Positions 26,161-34,875 of a stretch of DNA of 48,351 bases are shown piece by piece. Origin of the DNA: an uncultured Gammaproteobacteria bacterium (GTDB lineage Bacteria > Patescibacteriota > Microgenomatia > Daviesbacterales > UBA10151); the NCBI GenBank assembly GCA_964523515.1, contig CAZFZP010000002.1:333-48683 (forward strand). Reading direction: 5' to 3'. The notes below the pieces were generated by a model. The model ran no database searches. It was not told the origin of the DNA and was given only the letters and a program-made list of their open reading frames with translations. Made by a program: the position numbers and the translations under genes. The first letter of the stretch is position 1, and each line of letters opens with the position of its first letter.

Positions 26161-27504
26161 ATGGTAACTGAACTGGAGACTCCAATTTTAACACTTGGTG
26201 ATCATATTTCTTTGCTGGCCAGTTATGACTCGGCAATGTTAAATGGAGTAGATACTCCCTATAATCTGGTAGTTGAAAGAATGCAAGTAGCAGAGGAAGC
26301 ATTCTTAATGATTAAAAAAACAGTTACTCTAAATAATGAGGAGGAAAAAATAATGGCTATTTTACTCCGCCATTCTCCTCTTATTCCGGCCTCACCGCCA
26401 GATTTAAATGAGGTGGGAAATCTTAAATCATTAATTACTAGATTAAGAATTAAGCTTAGGCCAGAAGGGATAGATATCACAAGCAAAACTTCCAAAAGAC
26501 AAGTCAGACAGGGTATATCTCTAGGTTATTTTATCGAGATGAATGAGTTTGCAGATGATAAAGTTAGAAAATCACCACTGATGGCAGTATTTGGCAACCT
26601 TGGCCAAGATGATTGGGATATTGACGGGTCAGATGATGAAATTGCCCATCCTAAAGTAAGAGAATTTGTAACTCAGGTTTTAGATGAAGTAAGTAGCAAG
26701 GGCATTTTTTCTAAGGGTGAAGCAGGTATTACAGTTTTGACTGCAATACTGGCTCAAATTAGTGGGATTGATTATGATGTCCATTATCAGGCTTTGGTTT
26801 CTAATATACTAAATTCACAAACAACAATTGGCCATATTTCAGGTGATGGTTGGAAGAAAGCTTATTTTAGAGAAGAATTTATTGCAATGTTAATTTATAT
26901 AGGATGCTATTGGAATGATAGGTTAAATTATGGCAATTCAAATTACAAATCTAAACTTGATATTCACTATCGGGCCAGAGATATGGCTATTAAGATAGTT
27001 GGAAAAGATCACCCTTTAGCAGATTATTTTAGATTGAAAGGAATAAATACTGAAGTAGATACTGGAGAAAAATTAGATGATGTTTTAAAAGAAAAAGCTG
27101 TTTGGGCAGGCCTGACGGAAGATGATTTAAATAACATATTGGCAGCATTTAAAAGATTGCCCAACTATATTACAGTTGTACCGGGAAAATTAGAAGAGGT
27201 CAAGCTTCACTGGGCAACTTATCATGCGGTGGTATCAATTGGTACAAAATTTGCTCAGTTGCAGGTGATTAATGCTAGCAGTAATAAAGATAGTTGGAGA
27301 AAATTAGCAAGCGCACAAGATTTTGTTGTTTCTGAGTTTGTTACCTTGTTACAGGTTTGTCTTTTATTGATAACAAAAAAGAAAAATACTAAACACCCAA
27401 TCAAGACCTTAGGAGAACTATATAATAGGTTTACAAATTATTATTACCAGATGATTGAAAAGATGACAGTTGAAAGAGATGGTGTAGAATATGAATCAAG
27501 CTAA
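26161..27504 (+). CDS. orphan protein: possible OmpR/PhoB-type winged-helix N-terminus plus ~300-aa unknown domain
   Basis: VTLNNEEEKIMAILLRH...SLITRLRIKLRPEGIDI...GISLGYFIE resembles the Trans_reg_C pattern (LT..E..lL..L / hI.rLR.KL / G.GY). The rest was not recognised. Confidence 0.35.
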   Translation: MVTELETPILTLGDHISLLASYDSAMLNGVDTPYNLVVERMQVAEEAFLMIKKTVTLNNEEEKIMAILLRHSPLIPASPPDLNEVGNLKSLITRLRIKLRPEGIDITSKTSKRQVRQGISLGYFIEMNEFADDKVRKSPLMAVFGNLGQDDWDIDGSDDEIAHPKVREFVTQVLDEVSSKGIFSKGEAGITVLTAILAQISGIDYDVHYQALVSNILNSQTTIGHISGDGWKKAYFREEFIAMLIYIGCYWNDRLNYGNSNYKSKLDIHYRARDMAIKIVGKDHPLADYFRLKGINTEVDTGEKLDDVLKEKAVWAGLTEDDLNNILAAFKRLPNYITVVPGKLEEVKLHWATYHAVVSIGTKFAQLQVINASSNKDSWRKLASAQDFVVSEFVTLLQVCLLLITKKKNTKHPIKTLGELYNRFTNYYYQMIEKMTVERDGVEYESS

Positions 27505-27554
27505 TCTATATGACCAAAATTACTATTGAACCCCTCTAGAATAATTTGCTTAAT

Positions 27555-27601
27555 CCACAATATCTTGTATATTGACAAGGTCTTATTACAACATGTTATG
27601 G
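27555..27601 (+). promoter_or_regulatory. two tandem NrdR-box-like palindromes over the nrdR promoter
   Basis: Box 1 is CCACAATATCTTGTAT (27555-70, 13/16 to acaCwAtATaTwGtgt by my count). Box 2 is TTACAACATGTTATGG (27586-601, 10/16). Centres are 31 bp apart. They flank or overlap TTGACA (27572-77) and TATGGT (27597-602). Confidence 0.5.
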
Positions 27602-27616
27602 TAATTACAGAAAGCA

Positions 27617-28063
27617 GTGAAGTGTCCATTTTGTACAAGTGACTTAAATAAAGTTGTTGATAAAAGAACAGCGCAGAGCCGTGGGGAAATACGCCGTAGG
27701 CGGGAATGTTTAAAATGCAGCAAGCGTTTTACCACTTATGAAACTTTGGCAAGAGTAGACATTTTAGTTGTTAAAAAAGACGGTCGGAGACAATCTTATG
27801 ATCAAGATAAACTTAAGGCAGGGATATTAAAAGCTTTAGAAAAAAGGCCGGGTATTGACAGAAGTAATGAAATAGTAAATAAAATAGAAGGCAAAATCCG
27901 GTCGAAGGGTTTGCGGGAAGTACCTTCGATTTTATTAGGTAGATGGGTGTTAGGAGAATTAAAAAAAATAGATCAGGTTGCCTACCTTCGTTTTGTCAGT
28001 GTTTATAGGAGTTTTGCGGATCCAAAGGATTTTGCCAAAGAGCTCAAATTTTTAATTGAATGA
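27617..28063 (+). CDS. nrdR: transcriptional repressor NrdR
   Basis: GTG start; MKCPFC...CLKC zinc ribbon followed by an ATP-cone (VVKKDGRRQSYDQDKL). Confidence 0.9.
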   Translation: MKCPFCTSDLNKVVDKRTAQSRGEIRRRRECLKCSKRFTTYETLARVDILVVKKDGRRQSYDQDKLKAGILKALEKRPGIDRSNEIVNKIEGKIRSKGLREVPSILLGRWVLGELKKIDQVAYLRFVSVYRSFADPKDFAKELKFLIE

Positions 28064-30708
28064 AAAATATGGCTAAAAAAACCAAAAAACTAGAAGAAAT
28101 TTGGGAAATTGGTAAAAATATTCCTGAAACTCCCTTAGATTTGGAAGAACCAGCTTTATCTGAAAATGCTTTATACATTGCCCAGACCCGTTATGCCAGG
28201 CGTGATCATAATAGTAAGCCAATAGAATCTGCCAAAGATATGTTTTGGAGAGTGGCTTACAACATTGCTTGTGCAGATTTATTATTTAACCCGTCCCGGG
28301 AAGACCAAATCTCTCAATCCAAAAAGTTTTATAAAATCATGGCCTCCCAGGAGTTTATTCCAAATACCCCAACTATGTTAAATGCCGGCAAACCAATGCA
28401 ACAATTGTCAGCTTGTTTTGTGCTACCGATTGAAGATGATATGAAATCAATTGGTAAAACTTTAGTGGATATGGTGATGATCCATAAATCAGGTGGTGGG
28501 ACTGGTTTTTCTTTCTCTAAACTCCGCCCTTATGGAGATCTAATAAAATCTTCAGGTGGTAAAACAGTAGGGCCAGTTTCTTTTTTACAAGCTTACAATG
28601 ATGTCACTTCGCAAGTTAAACAAGGTGGAGTTAGGCGTGGAGCTAATATGGGTATTATGCATATTACCCATCCGGATATTTTGCGCTTTGCAGTAATGAA
28701 AGTAGATGAATTTTCTTTGACCAATTTTAATATTTCGGTTACAGTCACTGAAGAGTGGATGGAACAGGTTAAAAAAGATAGTAAATTTGTGACGGGCGAG
28801 CCTGATTGGGAAGTAATTATTGAAGAAATCAAACAGGCTCAAGCGATTAGGGATGTGGATTTAAAGCTTAAAAAAGTAGAGGATGGAGTAGGTAAACTTT
28901 ATAATTTAGTCCGGGCTACAGCGGAGGGAGAAGGTTATGAATTAATTAACCCTCGGACAGGAGATGCAACAGATAGATTAAATGCCCAGAAGGTATTTTT
29001 ACTGATAACCCAACTGGCTTGGCACTATGGTGATCCGGGTATGATCATGATTGATAGGATTAATAATTCCGGAGCCAATCCTACCCCGCAGATTGGTATG
29101 ATTGAAGCTACTAATCCTTGTGGCGAACAACCGTTGCTTCCCTATGATGCTTGTACACTAGGCTCTATTAATGTGGGTAAATTTGTCAAAGACAACATGA
29201 TTGATTATAAAGCTTTAGGTAAAGTGACCCGGGAAACAGTTCATTTTCTGGATAATGTTTTAGATATGAATAATTATCCAATCCAAGAGATTGCTGATAT
29301 GACCAGAAAAATTAGGAGAATTGGTTTGGGAGTTATGGGATTTGCCGATATGCTGGTGCAGCTGGGAGTTGGTTACAACTCACAAGAAGGATTACAATTG
29401 GCAGAAGAGGTTATGGGTTTTATCCAAAAAGAAGCCAAAGAGGCTAGCGTAGAACTTGCTAAAATCAGAAATCCCTTCCCAGCTTGGAAAGGGTCTATTT
29501 ATGATGAGAAAAGCCCATTCTTTTTGGGTAAAGATTTAAAAATAAGAAACGGAGCTGTTACTACGATTGCTCCAACAGGGACTATTTCTATGTTGGCTGA
29601 TGCTTCTTCTGGAATTGAGCCTTACTTTGGTTTATCTTATGCCAAAAACACTATTGAAGGTAAAAGACTTTTTACTCTTAACCCGTTCTTTTTAAAAGTA
29701 GCCCAAGAAGAAGGTTTCTATTCTGTAAGCTTAATGGAAAAAATTGAACAAAACCATGGTTCTGTTCAAGGACTCTCTGAAGTGCCTGAAAAATGGCAAA
29801 AAGTCTTTGTAGTTACCCATGATATTACTCCGGATTGGCATGTTAAGGTTCAAGCCGCTTTTCAAAAACAGGTTGATAATGCTATTTCTAAAACTATTAA
29901 TTTCCCTCATGAGGCTACAATAGAGGATGTCCGTAACGCTTATTGGTTAGTTTATGAGACTGGTTGTAAGGGGATTACAATTTACAGAGATGGGTCAAGG
30001 GAGAAGCAGGTTTTAGAAATCAAACAGGATAAGTCTTATTATGACCAGTTGGTTGGAGGAAATAACTTTGCAGTGGGAGGGATAGTTGAAGCACCACATA
30101 GTAATGGTATTGATAAAACTCATGTCAGTGACGGTATTGCTCATTCAGATGCACAAGATAGTTTTGTACACCGGCCTATGATACTGCGAGGTAGAACTTA
30201 TCGGATTCAAACTCCCTTAGGGGAGGCTTTTGTGACAGTTAACCGGGATGCGCAAAATCAACCTTTTGAACTGTTTGTAGCAATTGGTAAGGGTGGAATG
30301 CATACTATGGCTGATGCAGAGGCCATTGGCAGATTAGTTTCACTTTCCTTAAGGCTATCTAGGAACAATGGTACTGGTCCCCGTAAAGTAGCCGAGAAGA
30401 TTATCTCTCAGCTAAGGGGGATTGGTGGAGCATCTCATGTTGGATTTGGTAAAGATAGGGTGACCAGTTTAGCTGATGCTATTGCCAAAGCTTTGGCTGA
30501 TGATTTGGCTATTGAAGCGACAGATGATACTCAAGAGCAGATACCTTTAAGTTTAGTGGTTGACCCAGTTGTTGATGGAGCTGACTTTACCCAATTACCG
30601 ATTTCCAGTCCAATCAATGCTGATCTTTGTCCGGAGTGTGGATCTGCTACTTTTGTCATAGAAGAGGGTTGTCATAAATGCCATACCTGCGGTTACTCTA
30701 AGTGTTGA
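28060..30708 (+). CDS. nrdJ: adenosylcobalamin-dependent (class II) ribonucleotide reductase
   Basis: LSENALYIAQTRY, FIPNTPTMLNAG, SACFVL, NPCGEQPL, ISKTIN, a TSCPD-like C-terminal domain (RPMILRGRTYRIQTPLGEAFVTVN) and a terminal CxxC...CxxC ribbon. Confidence 0.9.
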   Translation: MKNMAKKTKKLEEIWEIGKNIPETPLDLEEPALSENALYIAQTRYARRDHNSKPIESAKDMFWRVAYNIACADLLFNPSREDQISQSKKFYKIMASQEFIPNTPTMLNAGKPMQQLSACFVLPIEDDMKSIGKTLVDMVMIHKSGGGTGFSFSKLRPYGDLIKSSGGKTVGPVSFLQAYNDVTSQVKQGGVRRGANMGIMHITHPDILRFAVMKVDEFSLTNFNISVTVTEEWMEQVKKDSKFVTGEPDWEVIIEEIKQAQAIRDVDLKLKKVEDGVGKLYNLVRATAEGEGYELINPRTGDATDRLNAQKVFLLITQLAWHYGDPGMIMIDRINNSGANPTPQIGMIEATNPCGEQPLLPYDACTLGSINVGKFVKDNMIDYKALGKVTRETVHFLDNVLDMNNYPIQEIADMTRKIRRIGLGVMGFADMLVQLGVGYNSQEGLQLAEEVMGFIQKEAKEASVELAKIRNPFPAWKGSIYDEKSPFFLGKDLKIRNGAVTTIAPTGTISMLADASSGIEPYFGLSYAKNTIEGKRLFTLNPFFLKVAQEEGFYSVSLMEKIEQNHGSVQGLSEVPEKWQKVFVVTHDITPDWHVKVQAAFQKQVDNAISKTINFPHEATIEDVRNAYWLVYETGCKGITIYRDGSREKQVLEIKQDKSYYDQLVGGNNFAVGGIVEAPHSNGIDKTHVSDGIAHSDAQDSFVHRPMILRGRTYRIQTPLGEAFVTVNRDAQNQPFELFVAIGKGGMHTMADAEAIGRLVSLSLRLSRNNGTGPRKVAEKIISQLRGIGGASHVGFGKDRVTSLADAIAKALADDLAIEATDDTQEQIPLSLVVDPVVDGADFTQLPISSPINADLCPECGSATFVIEEGCHKCHTCGYSKC

Positions 30709-30733
30709 CTTAAATTTCTCCAGATGATATAAG
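30705..30733 (+). promoter_or_regulatory. promoter for the small ORF at 30740 (leaderless configuration)
   Basis: TTGACT(30705-10, overlapping the nrdJ stop)-17 nt-TATAAG(30728-33), then 6 nt to ATG 30740. Confidence 0.45.
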
Positions 30734-30739
30734 GTTCCC

Positions 30740-31002
30740 ATGGCTAGAGAAACCTTGCCTTCACACAATCCTTTCACAATAGAGGAACTAAAACAGAATC
30801 GAGATACATATGCGGATATCCTGGTTAGTTATGGTAATGCACACCCATAGAAGATATTGCAGTAAAATTACAAAAAGATCCATCACAGGTAGCTATTACT
30901 ATTAATAGAATTAAAGATAGTCTTCAAGAGCATGGTCCGTTTGATACCCCAAATTTATTAGGAGTAGATATAGCTCCACCCTTTCTAGAAGTGAAAGGAT
31001 AA
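30740..31002 (+). pseudogene. small HTH-like gene split by a -1 frame change (36 codons to TAG 30848-50, then ~51 codons in the -1 frame to TAA 31000-02)
   Basis: Part 1 is MARETLPSHNPFTIEELKQNRDTYADILVSYGNAHP*. Part 2 is (P)IEDIAVKLQKDPSQVAITINRIKDSLQEHGPFDTPNLLGVDIAPPFLEVKG*. Joined, they read like one HTH-type protein. The junction is at ACACCCATAG. Confidence 0.35.
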
Positions 31003-31009
31003 TCCCGTT

Positions 31010-31036
31010 GTCATTCTGAACTTGTTTCGGAATCTC
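31010..31036 (+). repeat. GTCATTCTGA-type hairpin repeat (intergenic copy)
   Basis: gtcATTCTGAActtgtTTCGGAATctc: an 8-bp stem with one G.T pair and a 5-nt loop. Confidence 0.4.
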
Positions 31037-31077
31037 TGTTTAAGATGTTAAAACTACTTCCACTCCCGATGTGGAAG

Positions 31078-31728
31078 TTAAATCTCTTCATCTATAAGCT
31101 GGTGTTTAATTAATTCCAATTTTTGCGCATAATCAACTTGATCCAAAACAAATTGTTTATAATCTTGTGGGGTTTTGAAAAAGCCTAAGATTTGTTCCTT
31201 GGTACAGATCTCACTCATTACTTTATTTGTATACTCTTTATAAGAAGACCATTCATACTCATCTAAGTTTTTAACTAAAAATGTAGCAATTGGATTTATA
31301 TGAATATATCTGGAAATATGCACAAATTGATCGTCATTTTCTATAAGTACAGCTTTAAATGGACCCTGAAATAATGCGCCTACTCTATCAAATTTAATAT
31401 TGTAATATTTAGTATAACTGTCACTTATTTTCCTTACAAATTCGCTTACTCCACCATCTTTGAACTGTCTAATAAGTAGATGGAAATGATTAGGCATCAA
31501 ACAATAGCATAAAATATCCACTATTTTTTTATTAGAATCTGGATTGAATGATTTATATTTTACAAAATTAGAAAATTTAGGTTTAGGTCCTTCTAACTGA
31601 TAATACTGGATTGTTTGCAAGAATCTTTTATATGTTCTTTTGTTTTCGAATATACGTCTTTTTTCAACCCCGCGATTATATATGTGATAAATTTGACCAC
31701 TTACTAGGGGAGTTATTCTTATAGGCAT
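31078..31728 (-). CDS. RAYT/IS200-like Y1 HUH tyrosine transposase (paralog 1)
   Basis: HUH motif MPNHFHLLI, catalytic Tyr block SRYIHINP, and WSSY. Start trimmed to MPIRITPL by alignment with paralog 2; the track extension only translates the hairpin. Confidence 0.75.
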   Translation of the reverse strand: MPIRITPLVSGQIYHIYNRGVEKRRIFENKRTYKRFLQTIQYYQLEGPKPKFSNFVKYKSFNPDSNKKIVDILCYCLMPNHFHLLIRQFKDGGVSEFVRKISDSYTKYYNIKFDRVGALFQGPFKAVLIENDDQFVHISRYIHINPIATFLVKNLDEYEWSSYKEYTNKVMSEICTKEQILGFFKTPQDYKQFVLDQVDYAQKLELIKHQLIDEEI

Positions 31729-31734
31729 AGGCCC

Positions 31735-31763
31735 AGAATAAAATAATAATCCCGATGTGTCAA
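31735..31763 (-). promoter_or_regulatory. RAYT-1 promoter (leaderless configuration)
   Basis: Minus strand: TTGACA(31763-58)-17 nt-TATTCT(31740-35), then 6 nt to ATG 31728. The spacer contains a 10-nt partial hairpin copy, TCCCGATGTG (31750-59). Confidence 0.45.
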
Positions 31764-31822
31764 TATACTTCCACTCCCGATGTAGAAGCAATATATGGGA
31801 TTAAGTTTGTTAGAATAGGGGG

Positions 31823-32368
31823 ATGAATGAAGAAAAGGGCGAAGAAAAGGGCTTAGTAATTATTTATACTGGTGAGGGGAAGGGTAAGACTACTGCTGCT
31901 TTGGGACTAGTTTTGCGGGCTGTAGGCTATAAAAAAAAGTGTTTGATAATCCAATTTGGTAAGGTTTGGTTTACCGGAGAGTTAGTTGGAGTAAAAAAAC
32001 TCTCACCCTTGGTTAAAATTATCCAGGGAGGTAAAGGATTTTTAAATATCTTAGGTAGTAAAGTCCCCAAAACAGAACATAAAAAAGCTGCCCTAAAGAC
32101 TTTTGAAATGCTATATAAGGAGATGGTATCTAATAAATGGGATATTATAGTAGCAGATGAGATAATCGGGGCATTAGCATCCGGAATATTAGATATCAGG
32201 CAAACTATAAAGTTAATTACAGACAAACCTGCTAGGATAGATTTAATATTGACAGGTCATCATGCATCAAAGCAGCTTATTAAAATAGCAGATCTGGTAA
32301 CTGAAATGAAAGAAATAAAACACCCTTTTAAAAAAGGAATCATGGCTAAAAAGGGTATTGACTTTTAG
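31823..32368 (+). CDS. cobO: cob(I)yrinic acid a,c-diamide / cob(I)alamin adenosyltransferase (CobO/BtuR family)
   Basis: IIYTGEGKGKTTAALGLVLRAVG, IIQF, ADEI, LTGH and ADLVTEMKEIKHPF..G..A..GIDF. Confidence 0.8.
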   Translation: MNEEKGEEKGLVIIYTGEGKGKTTAALGLVLRAVGYKKKCLIIQFGKVWFTGELVGVKKLSPLVKIIQGGKGFLNILGSKVPKTEHKKAALKTFEMLYKEMVSNKWDIIVADEIIGALASGILDIRQTIKLITDKPARIDLILTGHHASKQLIKIADLVTEMKEIKHPFKKGIMAKKGIDF

Positions 32369-32386
32369 CAGTCACATTGTTACACT
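32358..32386 (+). promoter_or_regulatory. lon promoter
   Basis: TTGACT(32358-63)-17 nt-TACACT(32381-86), then 16 nt to ATG 32403. The -35 lies inside the last cobO codons. Confidence 0.5.
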
Positions 32387-32391
32387 GCTAA
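32365..32391 (+). promoter_or_regulatory. CIRCE-like inverted repeat (putative HrcA operator) over the lon promoter
   Basis: TTAGCAGTC-N9-CACTGCTAA versus the consensus TTAGCACTC-N9-GAGTGCTAA (8/9 and 7/9). The arms are 8/9 self-complementary. Confidence 0.55.
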
Positions 32392-32402
32392 AATAAGATT
32401 AT

Positions 32403-34814
32403 ATGGAAAATCCTAAATTATTTGCATCACAACCTATTAAACTCCATTCTACTATGCCAGTTGCTCCACTGCGCGATACAGTGATTTTTCCTGGTAATTC
32501 TGTTCCAATTATTTCAGGTAGGGCTAAATCCAAGGCAGCATTAGATATTGCTTGGAATTCAGATAAATTAATTCTTTTTGTGACTCAAAAAAATTTCCGG
32601 ATAGAAGAACCAGCTGAAAAAGATCTTTATAGAGTTGGTACGGTTTGTTTGATCAGAAGAGTAGTTATTAATCCAGATGGAGAATATACACTGCAGGCAG
32701 AAGGTATTGCCCGGGTTTATATTAAAAGCTTTACTCAGGTAGATCCTTATTTCGAAGCAGAAATTGAAGAATTACCTGAATTATATGAAAAAACTGAAGG
32801 CATTGAAGCTTTAGTTAGAACTGTCCGGGAGCAACTCAAAAGATTTTTAGAACTAGGTGGCAGCCCCATGTTTGAGACTGGTAATTTTGCCAATTGGTCT
32901 TTATTTACTTATACAGATGACCCAAACCAACTAGTGAATTCTATCACTCAGGCTATTGATTTTAAGACCATTGATAAACAACAAATTTTGGAAACTGTCA
33001 TAGCTATTGAAAGATTACAACGGGTTTCAGAGTTGTTAGCTAAAGAGATCAGGATTTTAGAAATTTCTCAAAAAATTTCTTCTCAAACTCAAGAGCGGGT
33101 TTCCAGAATAACCAAAGAGGCTATTTTAAGGGAACAAATGAAAAGTATAGAAGAGGAATTAGGAGAAGGTGGAGAAAATCATGAAATTCATGAATTTGAA
33201 TTAAAGATTAAAAAATCAGGTATGCCAAAAGAGGTAATGGAAAGAGCTAAAAAAGAGTTAAATAGACTTGCTAAGATGTCTACTTATAACCCTGAGGCAG
33301 GCTACATTAGAAATTATTTAGAATGGTTAACAGATTTACCTTGGAGTTTAGAGGCCAGGAATACCAAAATAAATCTTAAAAAAGCCCAGGAGATTTTAGA
33401 TGAAGACCACTATGGTTTGAAAAAGGTTAAGGAGAGGATTATTGAATATTTAGCAGTTCATAAGTTATCTGGTAAGGTCAGGGGTCCTATTCTTTGTTTT
33501 GTCGGTCCTCCAGGCACAGGTAAAACCTCTATTGGTAAATCTATTGCTAGAGCGCTAGACCGGAAATTTGTCAAAATTTCACTCGGGGGTATCAGAGATG
33601 AAGCAGAGATTCGGGGTCATAGAAGAACTTATGTTGGGTCTATGCCTGGCAGGATGATTCAAGGCATAAAACAAGCCGGTAAGGTTAATCCGGTTTTTAT
33701 GTTAGATGAAATTGATAAAATTGGGGCGGATTTTAGGGGTGATCCTTCATCAGCCCTATTAGAAGCTTTAGATCCTGAACAAAATAATGCTTTTTCAGAT
33801 CATTATCTGGAGGTGCCTTATGATTTATCAAATGTCATGTTTATTACAACAGCCAATATTTTAGATACTATTCCCCCGGCTTTGCGGGACCGTTTAGAAA
33901 TTATCAGTTATGCCGGTTATACCGGAGATGAAAAGTTCCATATTGCCAAAAGATTTTTAATTCCTAAACAAGTAGAAAGCCATGGTTTGAAGAAAAATCA
34001 GATCGAATTTAATGATGAAGCCATCCATGGTATTGTTCAGCAATATACCAGAGAAGCTGGAGTAAGAAATTTGGAAAGAGAAATTTCCTCAATCTTGCGC
34101 AAAGTAGCCAGGAAGATAGCTGAGGGGTCAATAAAAAAAACTTACGAAATCTCATTAGATAATCTACATGAATACTTAGGGCCGGTTAAGTTTCTGCCAC
34201 TTTTAGCAGAAACCCAGGATGAAATAGGCATATCTACAGGTTTAGCAGTTATGGAATCTGGGGGAGATATCTTATTTATGGAAGTGACTTTAATGCCTGG
34301 TAAAGGTACTTTACAATTAACCGGACATCTGGGTGATGTGATGAAAGAATCAGCTCAGGCAGCTATGTCCTATGTTAGATCTCACTGGTATGAGCTAGGT
34401 TTAAATGAGAAGTTTTATCACAAATACGATATTCATGTTCATGTTCCAGAAGGCGCTATCCCTAAAGATGGCCCATCTGCCGGTATTGCTTTAACTACGG
34501 CTATTGTTTCAGCTTTCACTAAGATTCCAGTCCGGCGGGATGTAGCTATGACTGGGGAAGTTACCTTAAGAGGTAGAGTTTTGGAAATTGGGGGGTTGAA
34601 AGAAAAAGTTTTGGCAGCACACCGGGCTGGAGTAAAGACAGTAATCGTGCCAGCGGATAATAAAAAAGATCTAGAGGATATTCCTCAATATGTGATGGAT
34701 GATCTTGAGTTTGTCTTTGCCAAACAAATGGATGAAGTATTAAAGGTGGCTTTAGTAAGATCTCCAAATTCAGTATCAAAAAATTTACATATCCCCCGGC
34801 CAGTAATGGCTTAA
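32403..34814 (+). CDS. lon: ATP-dependent Lon protease (LonA)
   Basis: LON N-domain, Walker [10 protein letters not shown], and the proteolytic DGPSAG Ser with a downstream Lys ([14 protein letters not shown]). Confidence 0.92.
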   Translation: MENPKLFASQPIKLHSTMPVAPLRDTVIFPGNSVPIISGRAKSKAALDIAWNSDKLILFVTQKNFRIEEPAEKDLYRVGTVCLIRRVVINPDGEYTLQAEGIARVYIKSFTQVDPYFEAEIEELPELYEKTEGIEALVRTVREQLKRFLELGGSPMFETGNFANWSLFTYTDDPNQLVNSITQAIDFKTIDKQQILETVIAIERLQRVSELLAKEIRILEISQKISSQTQERVSRITKEAILREQMKSIEEELGEGGENHEIHEFELKIKKSGMPKEVMERAKKELNRLAKMSTYNPEAGYIRNYLEWLTDLPWSLEARNTKINLKKAQEILDEDHYGLKKVKERIIEYLAVHKLSGKVRGPILCFVGPPGTGKTSIGKSIARALDRKFVKISLGGIRDEAEIRGHRRTYVGSMPGRMIQGIKQAGKVNPVFMLDEIDKIGADFRGDPSSALLEALDPEQNNAFSDHYLEVPYDLSNVMFITTANILDTIPPALRDRLEIISYAGYTGDEKFHIAKRFLIPKQVESHGLKKNQIEFNDEAIHGIVQQYTREAGVRNLEREISSILRKVARKIAEGSIKKTYEISLDNLHEYLGPVKFLPLLAETQDEIGISTGLAVMESGGDILFMEVTLMPGKGTLQLTGHLGDVMKESAQAAMSYVRSHWYELGLNEKFYHKYDIHVHVPEGAIPKDGPSAGIALTTAIVSAFTKIPVRRDVAMTGEVTLRGRVLEIGGLKEKVLAAHRAGVKTVIVPADNKKDLEDIPQYVMDDLEFVFAKQMDEVLKVALVRSPNSVSKNLHIPRPVMA

Positions 34815-34824
34815 AATTTAGTGC

Positions 34825-34853
34825 TTGACCCTGTGCCTCCCTCAGGGTAAACT
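34825..34853 (+). promoter_or_regulatory. hppA promoter
   Basis: TTGACC(34825-30)-17 nt-TAAACT(34848-53), then 22 nt to ATG 34876. Confidence 0.45.
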
Positions 34854-34875
34854 AGTACTACTGCCTTAAGATTCC

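Larger units (their letters stand above)
31055..31788 (-). mobile_element. minimal IS200-like unit 1: hairpin, RAYT-type Y1 transposase, promoter, hairpin
   Basis: The 23-nt direct repeat TACTTCCACTCCCGATGT(G/A)GAAG at 31055-77 and 31766-88 (22/23 identical) folds as CTTCCAC-TCCCGAT-GTGGAAG. The 734-bp size is typical of IS200. Confidence 0.55.

Noticed and set aside
28060-30708. Possible intein or insertion in the 882-aa NrdJ.
   Set aside because: The extra length is explained by the TSCPD-like C-terminal domain and the terminal zinc ribbon. No Cys/Ser...His-Asn intein boundaries or endonuclease-like block are visible.
31729-31791. N-terminal extensions in the ORF track. Examples: RAYT-1 to 31791, Pro-rich gene to 46965, ROK to 17895, L,D-transpeptidase to 26139, transketolase-N from 20460, redoxin from 18547, cca to 5016.
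   Set aside because: The extensions translate promoter or hairpin DNA, or overlap the neighbouring gene. Conserved N-termini and -10 boxes point to the internal ATGs.
30709-31822. Cobalamin riboswitch near nrdJ or cobO.
   Set aside because: The spacers are occupied by the small broken gene, hairpin repeats and the RAYT unit. cobO has only ~30 nt between its promoter-like -10 and the upstream hairpin. No B12-box-like sequence was recognised.
34832-34847. Hairpin ACCCTG-N9-CAGGGT after lon as a terminator.
   Set aside because: The stem is only 6 bp, there is no U-tract, and it coincides with the spacer of the hppA promoter.
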